A stretch of 64,000 bases of DNA from Utricularia gibba (taxonomy: Eukaryota; Plantae; Magnoliophyta): positions 310,001 to 374,000 of the forward strand of contig NEEC01000014.1 of assembly GCA_002189035.1 (NCBI GenBank), in the 5' to 3' direction. Numbering within the stretch: position 1 is the stretch's first letter; each line of letters starts with the position of its first letter. Shown piece by piece: positions 13,164 to 26,077 of the stretch. The notes beneath the pieces were generated by a model, which saw nothing but the letters and a program-made list of their open reading frames with translations, had not been told where the DNA came from and ran no database searches. A program made the translations under genes and the position numbers.

Positions 13164-13738
13164 AATCAGAAGCACTAACTCTTCGTCTTCGATCCTGACT
13201 CAACTATATATTTCATTTCAAAGAGTGTTTTTATTGTGAATTGAGTTTATAAATTTTATTTGTTGTGAAATTTGATTTTGAACAATGATATCAAAATTTT
13301 TATTTATTAGATACCAATGATTACGGGTACGAGAGATCCATATGTTAGATAATTTAAACTTATAAAATTCAACAACTTATCCATTTTACATTTTTGAATA
13401 ATTATATAATGCAAATTTCATTTAAATTTTATATTCAAAACTTGACACTCCTGTTTTTTGAAATGAATCTTCCCCTTCTCCACTAAGTCGATCCTCGGAC
13501 TGATGCACAGCCAAGACATCTTCATCTGGGAATTCTGATGACATGGGTTGACGACAAAAAGTAGGCCTACTCCGAATAAGCAAAAGGGTTATCTTTTACC
13601 ATCAAGAAAATAAAAATAAATATTGGATGATAAAAAAATTCAAAAATTTCATTTCATTACCAATCACAAAACTTGTTTAGCGAGGACTGACTTGTGAAAA
13701 ATAGAACTATCCAACAAACTAACCAAAATTACTTCATT

Positions 13739-14270
13739 TATGGCATCATATTTCATGTACTACGTTCTCTTTGCTTCACACCCCGCTACATCATCTATCT
13801 TGTTGGTAAACTTATGTGTAAGTACTCGTACGTTAAACCTAAACTTGTAGTGAAATGCCGCTAATGGCCCTCCCTAACTCGAGGATTAAAATAAAAAAAT
13901 CAAGAATACTAAATAAAAAAAAAGTCGAAAACTTCATTTCATTCTAAATTATATAACTTAAATTTTAAACAAGCTACCAAACACTCGTAGGACTCGAACC
14001 GACCCACGAAAAATAGGAGTATCATACAAATTAACCAAAAGCTCTTCGTTTATGTCATCAGATTTTATGTAATCCACTATGTTAACTTTGCTTCAGACTT
14101 AGCTAACTTTCGCGAGGCCCTGCTACATCTAGCTTGTTGGTAAACCTATGTGTAAGCACTTGTACGTTAAACCTAACTTTAGAAAAGTCCTGGTAATAGC
14201 CCTCGTTTACTTGTGGATTAAAAATAAATAAAATTTAAGAATTCTTAAATACAAAAAGAAAAACATAGAT
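13739..14270. repeat. Diverged ~310-bp-period tandem duplication upstream of the RGXT-like gene
   Basis: CTTGTTGGTAAACYTATGTGTAAGYACTYGTACGTTAAACCTAA and flanks occur at ~13800 and ~14135. Confidence 0.75.
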
Positions 14271-14595
14271 TCTCTTTCATTTTGATTCTCAAAAAATAAC
14301 TTTTCAAAAATTGATTCTAATAAAATAACAACTAGGTTTTTGAAGTTTCATGAAAATAATGAAGTAAAAGAATAAGCGTTTCAAAATAAGGTATAATTTG
14401 TTAAGATACATGTTGAAATTCATGATCGGTTTGGACGTAAAACCCAAACCAACAAGTGCAGTGAATTTCCTAAAAGTATAGGCCAGTACAATTAATATTC
14501 AATCATGATAATAATAGTAAAATATCCGCGGAATAAAAGCTTAAAAGGTGATGGCTTGATAAGGAAAAAAGTGTGAGCTTTTGACTTCGTTTGTA

Positions 14596-16194
14596 ATGAA
14601 AGAGGGAGGCCGTTTCCCGTTAGCCGTCGTGCTCGTATCGTTGGTGGCGATGATCGGTATCATATCTCTAAATCGGAACCCGATATCGTTGCTATCCAAG
14701 TTTTACAGTTCTGGTACGCAGTGGCGGGAGTACACGCTCCGGGAAGCCGCGGCGTATGTCGCGAAGAACAACACGGTGATAGTGTGCGCAGTGGGCGAGG
14801 CGTATCTGCAGATCCTAAGCAACTGGTTGATCAGCCTTGCGAGACTCAACCATGTGGAAAAAGTTGTGGTGTTCGCTGAGGATTATCCGACGCTATACAC
14901 AGTCAACGCGAGGTGGCCTGGCCACGCCGTAATGGCGTCTCCGCCGCTGGAATCTGCAGCTAACAATTTTGGTTCTATGGTAATCGTTTCGATGACGTTA
15001 TTAGGGTTCATTTCCCTCGCTTTTCAGTTTTTTTTTTGTGGTTACATTTATTATCGATACAAACCTGTACTTGGCTTTCTGTTCTCGCCTGGTAACTATT
15101 AGGGTTTTCTTCCTGATAAAGGGATTTTACAATCTTACATCCAGAAGGCCGACCCATCTTCTTGAGGTACGCACCCTTTCTCTGGATGTGTTCGAGTTAA
15201 CCTATGTTAAGAAAGGGAGAAGAAACGGTTGTTTCTTCTATTCACTCGTCTACTCATCTCTCTATTGCTTCTACCTCTGTTACAATATTCTGACACGGAG
15301 GGATGCGGAATGTCCAGATCTTGGAGCTGGGGTACAATGTTCTGTACAACGACGTTGATACGGTCTGGATGAAGGATCCCTTTCCTTACTTCGAAGGATC
15401 GCACGATGCGTACTATGCGTATGATGGGGAAGACGTAAGTTCTTATCACACCGCACACAACGCTATCAGAATTCAAAAGCAAGCAAATTGAAAGCAGGAG
15501 TGTGTTCAAGTGTCAATTGAGTTGTACTGTGACTTAAAACCAAAAAGATTCTAAGACAAACATAGTAAACGAGGGGTGGATGAGTATTCCCAGTAAGGGT
15601 TTAATCTGAGTCCATCTTCCTTCTACTAGACTAGGGCACCCATTGTCGCCTGAAATTAAAAGCAACGTTAATTATGTTTAACGAAGATACTTAGCTTCTG
15701 CTCCTGAGATTGTTTGATCCTAAGAATTGTAGCTGCTTGATTTATCTGAGACCCACTCCGGGGGCAAAACTACTGATGCGCTCGTGGGCCGATCATATGA
15801 GGTCCCAGCCGTGGAGTCCAGGAGTGAATGATCAACCCCCTTTCAATTGGGCAATCAGTCAGACTCGTGGGAAGGTACCATCCCTTCCATCTTTTGCTCT
15901 GCCATTCCTGGTTATGGGATGCTGAGGCAAAGATATTTCAAGCCACAGGTTGACGATTACCTTCTTCCGAAGGCGGCGTTCCCCTCGGGGGCTGTCTACT
16001 TCGGAAACAAAAGCTGGGCTAACGAAACCAAGGGACAAAATGCCATCGTCCACAACAACTACATCGTCGGCAGAGATAACAAAATCCGGCGGTTCAAGGA
16101 CCATGGATTGTGGCTGGTAGACGAGCACTCCGATGAGTCCCCGCTCGGCAGACTCTGCCCAGAAAACCATAACCATTCCCTACGCTGTTTCTGA
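14596..16194 (+). CDS. RGXT: GT77 RGXT/MGP4-like UDP-xylose:fucose alpha-1,3-xylosyltransferase, divergent
   Basis: Exons 14596-14979, 15122-15166, 15318-15434, 15725-15874 (5' boundary uncertain) and 15949-16194 join in frame with GT-AG sites (~313 aa). TM anchor, QWREYTLREAAAYVAKNNTVIVCAV, GFYNLTSRRPTHLLEILELGYNVLYNDVD (DxD), CSCLIYLRPT, NDQPPFNWA, HNNYIVG, WLVDEHSDESPLG. Confidence 0.9.
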
Positions 16195-17139
16195 AATTCA
16201 AACAAAACACTGTTGCTTACATTCATGCTTGTATTGAAGAGAAAGATGTTGTGAGGACTTATCTCATTTCGAAATAAAATCATATATTACAAAACATGAA
16301 CCGGGGTCTGTTTCGAAATTTGTGATTTTATATGCTTTTGATTTTAATAAATGAGCAAATTTTCAACCTAGAGTGGCATTTGACAACAGATTTTAAAAGT
16401 TTTTTAACATATAAAACACTAAAAACATAGTACATATGTCGATTATAGAGAATTGATTTTCGAGAGAATGGTGAGATTTGAATTGAATACAAACTATCAC
16501 AATTTTGTAAACGAATTTGTAAAAGTAAATAGCAGTAGAAACGTAAATGATAAAATTTGAATAAAAAAATTGTAATATAAACAACAGAAGTTATTTTAAA
16601 CAATGTATTTTAAATAAAAGAGTTATCACTGGAATAAATCCTACACAACTATGTTGTTGTATTTACTCTATTCTCTTATCTTATTGAATACTCGGTTATG
16701 GAAATAATTAATTGTTTACCTTCCTTTACATTTTCTTGTAAAGAGGCATAGGAATTGTAAGGATCTTTCACATTTATATGTGTTAAGATCAAAGTTTTAT
16801 GTGATGGTGTGTTTGGAAGTCTGATCAAAAAACAAGGTTAAGGGAGACATGCTGATTTTACGTGGAAACCCCAAACAGGAGAAAACCACGGGGCAATGAA
16901 GCCATCCACTAGTGTGAAGGAGGAGTCTGTAAGTTACAGTACACGGAGATAAGATGATCAAGAAGAAGAAGAAATTTAAACAGCATTAAGTTCTTGAAAA
17001 AGACGTCTCATCTTCCATGTGTGTCTTGTTATGTGAGATAGATTTTATGTCATTGTCGAGCTAAATTATGATAGCCCAAGTTGTAGCAAATTGAAGACAT
17101 AGACCCAACAGGAATTGCCAGATATAGCTTCCCCTTGGA

Positions 17140-17930
17140 CGAATGAGAAGATAAGAAATTCTGCTATTGTTATTCTCATGGTCGAATTGTGCATGTGTAT
17201 CTAAGTATTATCAATGACCAAGTGGTTTAAATATGAGATCAGTATCTGTCCATTAACTTGAAATACGATCACAAACAAAACATTATGAATCTCGAACCAA
17301 AAGGATGTGAGTTAGTGCTTTCCAACTTACTCTTTTTCAAAACTCATACGCAATGATCCACTAATCATAAATCTTAAATAAAAGGTTGTTAAAAAAAGAT
17401 TGTAATGTATTCACATTAAAACATACGAAAATTAATCAAATTCAAAGAATAAATAGAAAGCAACTAATAAAAAGTAGAGGTGTGAGTCTCCCAACCTAGA
17501 AACAAAAGCTTTTAGCCGTGAATAGTCATACAAAACAAGAAACTGAAATCAAAATTGAAGTTAGAGCGAAGAAAGAGAAAAATCGTGATGAGATAAAAAA
17601 AAGTCTAAACTAAAACTTGAATGAAAATTCTGTGTCATTTGAACTTGGTGACCCTCTAATTCTACTATGATCTTGAGTGTTTTGAAAGGGAGCTGTTGTT
17701 TTGATATCGTGGTACTCATGTTTTATTCTGCCAGTCACTCTTATATTTCACATGTCAATGTTCATCATTAAGCGTCTGCATTTTTCCGAAAATCAAGAAG
17801 AATGCCACACGGGGAAAATCTAAATTATGGCTTTGTGCTCCCTCTTTTCTCATGTTTCTGCCACATGTTACCTCTTTGCTCCTCTTTCTGCCTCTAGCAA
17901 TACTTAAACAAAATTAAACTAAAATTATTT
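17140..17930. repeat. Degraded LTR-like dispersed repeat (family also at 37570-38485 and 47398-47570)
   Basis: Colinear similarity to 37570-38300 (e.g. AAAAAGATTGTAAT...AATCAAATTCAAA...AGTCTCCCAACCTA). Boundaries approximate. Confidence 0.65.
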
Positions 17931-18124
17931 CAGTTTGTGAACGATTAGGGCTTTCAAAGAGTTGAGTAAAAATAGTTTCTTTTTACATATAATGTAAAAA
18001 AATATTTCATTATTTAAGTCAGTATTATGCCAAATGTATAATGAAGATAATATTTAGTTTTAACTAAAATATGCTCGAGGTACTCATCAACGTCTCCCAA
18101 CAAAGAGAAAAATCATGAATCAGC

Positions 18125-19100
18125 CAAGTCTCCAAATGTGTGTTGTACCAATGATGGGAACTCTAATCCTTATTGAAATTTAGGATCCGATAGATCGGAC
18201 GAGCACACACGTAAACCCCAAATACATAAGAAACGTGGATCACATTATAAAAGATTAGGTACAACCGATTACTTGTAATGTGTAGTTTCTTATATACTTA
18301 GCTATTTTACTTTCATTTTCCGATTTGAGATTGTGTATTTTAACACCCGCTCTCAAGTCGAACTGGTCTTCAATCCAATTAAGACTTTTTTTTTGTTTTT
18401 TTTATGTGATTATAGGTAGTACTCGAGTTATAGTTCGATGTAATTTATATCGTCTAAGCCCAATACATCTCCTTATTTCTTTTCTTAACCAGACCTCAGA
18501 TTAATATGAAACCCATCTTGGCCACTCAAGTCGTGCCATGAGGCAAACGCTTTGATACCATATTAAAATTCAAGATCCGATGGATCAGGAGAGCATACAC
18601 GTAAAACCCAAATACATAAAAAATGTAGATTACATTAAAAAAAATTAAACCCGACCGATTATTTATGATGTGTAGCTTTTTATATACTTAATTATTCCAC
18701 TTTCATTTTTCAATGTGAGATTGTGTATTCTAACAATCCTGAAACTGCAATACCTTCTCTTGTCAACCAACCTGTAAGTCTTATTTGTCTTGCAGCCCCA
18801 CTGCTACCGGTACCACCAGAACCGTTGCCTTTACATTGGACGCTGGTGCTTTCATAATGTTGCTGGGTTTCCCCTTCCTGTAATACCTTGTCATCTCTCC
18901 ATTCAACTTCCAGCAACTGGCTGTTCAAACCTGATTGATGGGTATCCTTTTCTAAAAGCAAAACTAATCCTCAATTCCAATCCTGTTCCTCCATAAGGAC
19001 CACCAGCGACAGGTACTGTTATCAGTGTGATTGCACCGAATAGCAACGACGACAAGTGGGCGTTTATCTTCTACGAATTCCTGACAGATGATCCCTTGTC
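18125..19100 (+). pseudogene. Phylloplanin-like pseudogene, paralog of 49234-49776
   Basis: Nucleotide homology to 49355-49830; interrupted by a TRIM at 18171-18735; in-frame TAA at 18994-18996; signal-peptide region not recognisable. Confidence 0.88.
18171..18735 (-). mobile_element. TRIM (terminal-repeat retrotransposon in miniature), 565 bp
   Basis: 175-bp terminal direct repeats 18171-18345 and 18561-18735, TSD ATCCT on both sides, PBS TGGTATCAAAGC (18549-18560, minus), PPT at 18346-18357, 215-bp non-coding interior. Confidence 0.93.
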
Positions 19101-19270
19101 TTCTTCAATGTCATGCCAGACCAATTAATTATGCTTCCTAGGTTTAAAGAACTAACTCAAGTTTTTGCGCATCCTTCCAATATAAATTAGAATGGTCTCA
19201 AGCAATAAGCATACTCCATCATATCAGCACTTTTAACACATTTGCTACATCATTAGAAAACTTGATGCAT

Positions 19271-20441
19271 TGATAAATGAAAAATTTGAAAGTGTCATAA
19301 AAATAAAAAATTCTTCTACCAAATAAATTTATAAACTTAATTCACAATCAATCATAAATAAATACGAATATAATGGATTAGAATCTAACACAATGAGTAT
19401 TGTGCTTATCGTATGAAGGTTGACATATTTTGTTTTGTCACGATCGAAGATTAAGTCTAAGTTTACATTAAAATAATTCGATGATAAGATGCAGTAAAGT
19501 AACAAACGGGTCAAATCAAATCTTTGTCTAAAATAAAACAATATGATGTTTTAAGGCTTTCAGGGATAATATGCTCATTACTATTTTTGTCCCATTTCAA
19601 TCAAAATCATTTCTAATCAAACAAAAGTTCAAGTTTATTCAAACTCTTTTCTTCTCCTAATCTTTGATCTATATTTAATTAAACTTGGTCTATAATGAAT
19701 ATACCACTAATTTCCCCTCTTGAATTTATCCGAGTTTGTTAAAAAACTAATGTGATTAAGTAGTTAATATAGTTTAAAGAACAATAAACATGTTTATTCT
19801 TTTTTATCCTAAGGAACCATTTGGTGCTTAGCTACTCATGTAGAAAAAAAAAAAACTAACACATAAAACATTATCATTTACATATTCATGTCACAACTCA
19901 ACAAAGAAGATAAAAGTAACTAAAATGTAGATAATCCATTGTAGAATGTTGAATATTTGCAGTCTACTCATGACTAGAAGTAGTGTTCATAAATAAAAGA
20001 AGTCTTCAAAAATAAACTCAGTTCTTGTATTAGTCCTCTTCATCCCTTCTTCTACGATTTTCTTCCCAAATCTCCTTCTCTCCCTTGTGTTGTGTGTTTT
20101 GCCAAAAGGGAGGCATTTTTCTCTCTCCCTCATCTTGTACAAAATCTTTCTTTTACCCCTCTTGGTATTTGATGTACTTCATTTCAGCTTTTATTCCTAT
20201 TTTCTATCATCTTCACTATTTACTTTCACCTCCTTAGGATTTACACTGCTGAAAACATTGCTCAAAAAAGTGATTAAAACAAATATTGGAGCTAAATCTA
20301 AGATGTACTCTCAATTTGGAATAAAATATCTACACAACACTACTAATCATGAAAATTCATAAATATTTAATAAAATCCTAATTTTATAATATAATATTAA
20401 TCATTTTCTAATCCTAAAATACTAAAAAATATGTATTATTA
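19271..20441. mobile_element. Solo LTR, same family as 3158-3984 and 29731-30924
   Basis: TGATAAA start, AAAAATATGTATTATTA end, perfect TSD TGCAT (19266-19270, 20442-20446), colinear homology to 29731-30924. Confidence 0.85.
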
Positions 20442-20446
20442 TGCAT

Positions 20447-20630
20447 AAACTTGTGTAAGTGTGATCAATAGCATCAAACTCATTCAAAGCAATATCTTGT
20501 TTTTCCATGATTAGATTGGTTTGGTTCTCGGCTAGAAGTTTCCTTAATTTAGCTGCTTGTCTCACTTTATTTCGATTCCTCCCAATAACCCTCTCGATTT
20601 CTATGTTGAAATCAATATCTTCTGTCAAGA
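20447..20630 (-). mobile_element. Possible Ty3/gypsy gag N-terminal remnant
   Basis: DFNIEIERVIGRNRNK...LCI resembles the DPEIERT-type start of Athila/Tat gag. Weak similarity. Confidence 0.4.
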
Positions 20631-20771
20631 AGAATGCAAATGTATCAACTAGAAATTCACAACCATTTAGTGTAGCTCTCTACCAATAATGCCAATTTGA
20701 TAAATGAAGAATTCTAATTGCCAAATAATTAAATTCTTGAATCAAAATTATTTTTTAAATCTCGATTCTCA

Positions 20772-20940
20772 ATCAAACTCAACTCAAATGAGACAAAGTG
20801 GAATCGGTGTCAAACACAAAGAGTCTACTACTTCATGTATGAAAGTTTTAGGTTCTCCATCAAACTCAACACAAATGAGACAGTAGAGTGAAATCAGTGT
20901 CAAACACAAAGACCCTACTGCTTGGTGTTTGAAAGTTCAT
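20772..20940. repeat. Two-copy 87-bp tandem repeat
   Basis: ATCAAACTCAACWCAAATGAGACA...GTGTCAAACACAAAGA starts at 20772 and 20859. Confidence 0.85.
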
Positions 20941-21417
20941 GTATTTGGATGGGATAATCGATTTTAAATCTCAACAAAAACTAATAAAACTCGAATAACA
21001 ATCATTAACGCAAAAGTAATGAATAGGATAACTTAAATGTTAACTCCAATATATCAAAGGTAATGCCTCACTGTTTCAAGGGTAGTGTGCCAATAAAATG
21101 TTATACTAACCTTCATGAAAATCTAACTTCTCCACAATCCTTGATACCTGCTCAACGGATTGAATCTAATGGTTATGCACAATGAAGCACAGTGATATGC
21201 AATGGATACAATTCATGTGTATAAATAAAGACTCATTTGTAATATGGATTAAAAGAAAAACACCCTATACCATATCTTTCTTCCATATCCCTTATACAAA
21301 TCTATCAAAAATTTATAACACAACTCTTCCACACCACACTCATACTAAACTCACCGAAACTCTTCACTTTTTTCATCATTCGTAACATGCTCAATTGCAG
21401 TTTTTCAAGAGACTAAG

Positions 21418-21585
21418 GAATGTTGGCCGATTAACTCTGACTCCACGGCCCGTTTGGTGAGCAACACCATCCACATCCAAGCGCTCGATACTAATGTTTT
21501 TGCTGATGTCAAGGTAGGAATGGAGCAGTAATTAAAGCCCAAGGTAAAGGAAAGGTACATATCCAAACTCCACTTATCCTGTGAA
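21418..21585 (+). mobile_element. Copia protease remnant
   Basis: CWPINSDST...LDTNVFADVKVG/NGAVIKAQGKGKVHIQT (with frameshift) matches the WxxDSG...VKxGNG...GKGxV motif. Confidence 0.6.
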
Positions 21586-22103
21586 GATGATTGATGAAAC
21601 CTGAACATGATGTACTCATCTACCGATTTTTTTCTATTTTGTTTTAATGAATCGAAATCATGCTTTCAATAAAATCTGTAAACAAGGTAAATGAAAGTAG
21701 TAATTCCACTTATTGAAATGAAGCCAACATCAACGATTTTCCACTTCCCTATGGTTTTCTTGTTTTAGATCTACCTCAAGATCGCGTACTAATCCTTGAT
21801 TTTATCCTCCAATGTGTGGTCACATATGAAAATAAAATGAACGTGTTTTTTCTTACTCTCCCCCGTTTGGCGTACCGAGTGAATTGCTCACTAAAATGTG
21901 ATGTAACATGGAGGAAAATTAACATCGATAATTTGTGTTCACGTAAAGGAAAACTTGAGCAGACATCAAAATCATGATTCAAATTGCAATAATGACGACT
22001 CGAACACAAACCTTATTTTTCTTCAACATCAAACGTCATGCAAAGAAAAGATTCACGCTCAGTATTAAAACTTTTTGCCTAGTGCCCCATTAACTACCTG
22101 GAA

Positions 22104-23227
22104 TTAGTACATAATCCAATGTTCACCGTGGACGACAGCACGGAGTCCATGATTCTTAGCAAAAAGATTCACGGCTCTTTTCACACCGTACATGACAACA
22201 TCGTGGCCAAAGAGGATGCCTCCAGGACGCAGTATCTATTGGGAAAAAGAGAGTTCGAACAAGCTTTAGTTTATAACCATTGTAAAGCACAAAAGCTATT
22301 GTAACTGGTACCGTTGCACAATCGTTACCCATTCAATTTTTCTAACACCACCAAATCAAAAAATACCTAGAATAGATTGACAGGTTTAGTTTCTACGGCT
22401 CTCGCTCTCAAGCCGAGTATTAATAAGGAAATATGTGATGCTATACACAAATTATGATATTATTAATCTTTCTTTCATAAATTTAAAATCCTCCGTAGGG
22501 ATGATAGCGCATCCAGTTTGGTGAAGTACCTTGTAGGCGTTGTTGATGTCATCCCAGGCGGAATGGAAGTCATGGGCACCATCGATCTCGATTAGGTCAG
22601 CGTAAATACCCCAGCTACAGAGAGCATCGAGGGCACTGGTGGAAGAGAAGGGTAAGAATATGATGTTTTCAGTGGCATTGGCGAGGGCGACATTCAGCAT
22701 ATACTGGTGGAGCAGAATGCTGTCCCCGTTGAGCATCTTTATAGGGGGGCCATGGCCCCTATCACTGTACAACGGCCAACCGCGGAAGTGGTCAATGCAG
22801 ATGATTTGAGTGTCGAGACCGAGTTTCCGGGTGACGTCCGCCATGTGTGTTGCGGATCCCCGAGAAAGGACCCGATTTCTATTATGACCTTGGGCTTTAC
22901 CTTGTTTATCAGATGCTCGAACACGGGGTTGTTGGAGCCCCATATTACCTTCCAATCAGTCCGCAGGTGAGGCTTCAAGTGTGGGGGCGGGAAGTTGTGC
23001 CAAGGAGATTCGCCTTGGAAAACCTTTTCCATTATTTTTTGACGCTCGGTCCCGCTGGGGACGGCGCTGGCGCAGTCGATATACCCGAAATCCTCATGAT
23101 CCTCAATGAAAGCGACAGAGCTTTGAGGAGTGGTTTGGTAATGGGAGACGTATCCCAGTGCAAAGGCTGTGAGAACGAGGATGACCAATAAAGCCGGCCA
23201 TGCAACTGCCCTTGTTTCCTCTTTCAT
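22104..23227 (-). CDS. Type II membrane SAM-dependent methyltransferase (Methyltransf_24-like), 2 exons, 1-bp frameshift in a G-run
   Basis: Exon 1 23227-22530, intron 22529-22236 (AAG|gtactt...caatag|ATA), exon 2 22235-22104 (ILRPGGILFGHD...GVKRAVNLFA...GEHWIMY*). SAM motif IIEIGSFLG(G)SA and DLIEIDGAHDFHSAW present. One G is missing at 22858-22861. TATA CTATAAATA ~50 bp upstream. Confidence 0.88.
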
Positions 23228-24691
23228 TTCTCTTCTTCTTGTTGTTCCTTGAAATAAATGACAGGGATATATTTATAGTCAAAGTGTCCTAGCTGATCCG
23301 TCCCTCCACCATTGATTTAAGTAAGGTGTTAATTATCTAAATAGTCAACGAATGGGCTTCTTGCACTAGATATTTGCATGCACGATGAATTTCAACGATC
23401 TGGTAATAATTGTGCATTATTAGGTAAGTTAGTTGAGTGCATTGGATGCCCTAACATTCCTGGCCCAGTGTACTCTTTTTGGGATTTGTGATGTTAAGAG
23501 TCCTTTATTTTTGTGCGGTACGACTTCAGAAATATACCGTAGAAGCGCCGTTCAGAAGGGTATGGTACTATAGGAGTTGAGACTTTGAGAAATACAAGGA
23601 AAATAAGAAGTAAATTCAAAATAATGTTTAAATAGGAGGCAGAATGCAAATTATATGTATTTGCAAAACATTTGTTTTTTTTTTTGTGTAATTGGAAGTT
23701 GATTTTTTATTTTTTTATTTTTTTTATCAGTTAAAGTTGGTTCTATTATGTATCAAAATCAAGATCATCTTTTAAAATTAATTATTAAAATAATTGATGA
23801 CATATATTTTTTTATTAATATGGATTATAAAATTAACACTATTATCGACTAAATTGAATGGTGTGGAACATGAGGAAATTTACAATATGGGTTAAGTCAA
23901 ATATTCTTAGTCCACATTCAAAATTTACAAAAGTTGAATGACCGGATTATCTTCATTTTATATGCAAAAATGATGTGGAAAATGAGGAAAGGGGCACATA
24001 CAAGACAAGAAAAAAAGTTCATTCTTTTTCAAGAGTAAGAAAAATGTTGTTAAGACAAAAGAAAGAAAATCACATACTATAAAAAGGAATACAATAATAT
24101 CTTGGAGATAAGACAAGAGAAAAGGAAACAATCTCCAACACACTTCAAAGTAGCAAGGGGGAAGCAAAATTTTTAAACCAAAAAACCCAAAGGATTCATA
24201 GAGTAACAAAACAAGGAAGAAGAAGCTAGAAGTGAAGAGGCATACTAAGCCCTCTCTGTGACATTGTTCTAAGTTAGAGATGGTAACCACCGAACATAAT
24301 TGAAATTTAGTTTTTCATTTTGAAGTCTATCACTAATTGCCAGTGTTTTCTTTTTAACCTTGAACGTGATTATGAAAATGCTCATACTTACAGTTTATGA
24401 AGTGGAAATCATTGATTTTATATGGGTGGTTAGAGGTAAGTGGTATCTTAAGGCAAACCAATCTGATGCAGTAATTTTGGTTCCTATTTTTGTTGGTATT
24501 GGTTTTTTGGTTCTCACTTTACTATGTTTCCGGTAGACTTAATAGGTAGTCCAATTTGAAGGTAAACTAAAAAATTGAGATGAGTATATTACACTTGGCA
24601 ACGCTGGCATCTAACATATATAAGGGTCTAGTTGATTATACTCAGTTGAGTACTGATTCTAGATTTCACGAGCAGTTGAGCTGGTCAGTAC

Positions 24692-25500
24692 TCAAGGCGT
24701 AATGGATCTATCAAGACTTGAGAATGTCACCACTTTTGCAACTTCCTTTATTATAAGTAATTCTTCATGCCTTGCTTGTACAACAACTATATATGTTGCA
24801 GGTTCAAGCACAGGGGAGTCGCTTTCTACAACATCCCAAAGCTTCATAGCTCCTAGGTAGATGCATATATAAAATTCCCAGACGACGTAGTTTGCCCCCA
24901 TCAAATTTCCACACTGCGCTGGATGAGGTTGCATCCATAAATAAGAGTTGCAGTGGACAAAAATTGCAAATGCGTGCTCTGATACCACTTGTTTGAACTA
25001 CAAGTTAGTGTGAAGCACACATATTGATGGTTGAGAAGAATGCTCTGACGGATGCTGGATGGTGAAGAAGACAGGAGCTCACAAAATGGCAGGGATGATG
25101 CTTTTTGGGATTTTGCAAAGATAATGTAAACTGAATGCAAATAGAATAAAACAGTTGTTATTTCCCTGATACCTTGAGTGCATGGAAAACACGAATTCAT
25201 ACAGATTGCAAGACTAACCAAGCAAACGAAACTGAAGGCAACAAACTTGTGACTCCTTGATACTGCTAGCATGACAAACTATGTTGTCATTAATAAAACT
25301 GATGAAGTACTTGTTTCCACCAAGGGATTCTCGATTCATAGAACCAGCGAATTTAAACAGACACACGATAATTAAGGAAGACACAAATGAGTTGAGTTCA
25401 TGACTTGATAATGGGATCATTCCAATTAACCATGTTTTGTTGTTGTCTTCACATCTGTTGTACATGTGGTTATTAAAATAAACAATGACATAAAAAAATC
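24692..25500 (-). mobile_element. Truncated Copia 5' end (LTR + PBS + gag start)
   Basis: PBS TGGTATCAGAGC at 24976-24987 (minus), LTR edge at 24990, gag GANYVVW...YLGAMKLWDVVE. Far LTR boundary approximate. Confidence 0.7.
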
Positions 25501-26077
25501 TAAGAAATTTGATCAAGATTATGAATCACTAATCTCCAATTTTATTTTAATATAAATATTTAGTAAAAGCAATTTTTTATAAGTAGCATGTATGATTAGC
25601 GCTTACCTAATATAAATGCATTTTTAAAGCTTCCTCAAAATTTGTTCATTTTTTTCTGGAAATTTACCTAAAGTTTACTTTTTGAATCAAATCTGAAATC
25701 CGAAATTTTCTGGAATGAAATGAATCTTAAAATGGTTCCGCCAGTCATTGACAATTCGCTACTCACTCTATTTCTATAATGCGGTCTAATTATTTTAGTG
25801 CAGGTAACCCCTTAAAGTCAACTGCATGCCGCTTAAATTATTGTCCTAAGGACCGCGATTCGTCCATTTTAATGACAAAAAGGAAAGCTAAGCAGACAAA
25901 GTGACAAAAAAGTACATAACTTGGTAGGCTCGCTAGCACATCTACCCAACACAAGCAGAGAGCATATGAATTAACAATGGAAGCTATAAAATAGCGATAC
26001 TACAAATCCAGTTGTCTTAATCCTGATCTCGATTAAGCTGCATTAGGAGCTCATACTTCGGAGCTATTTCTAAGGTG

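Noticed and set aside
16290-16310. GGGTCTGTTT Tourist-like MITE end
   Set aside because: No matching inverted end or TSD found.
21405-21608. Minus ORF ending KRAVESELIGQH as the methyltransferase tail
   Set aside because: The plus strand is a Copia protease remnant and the real tail was found at 22104-22235.
22452-22529. Apparent C-terminal truncation of the methyltransferase (GCAIIPTEDF...)
   Set aside because: This is intron read-through; the true last exon is at 22235-22104.
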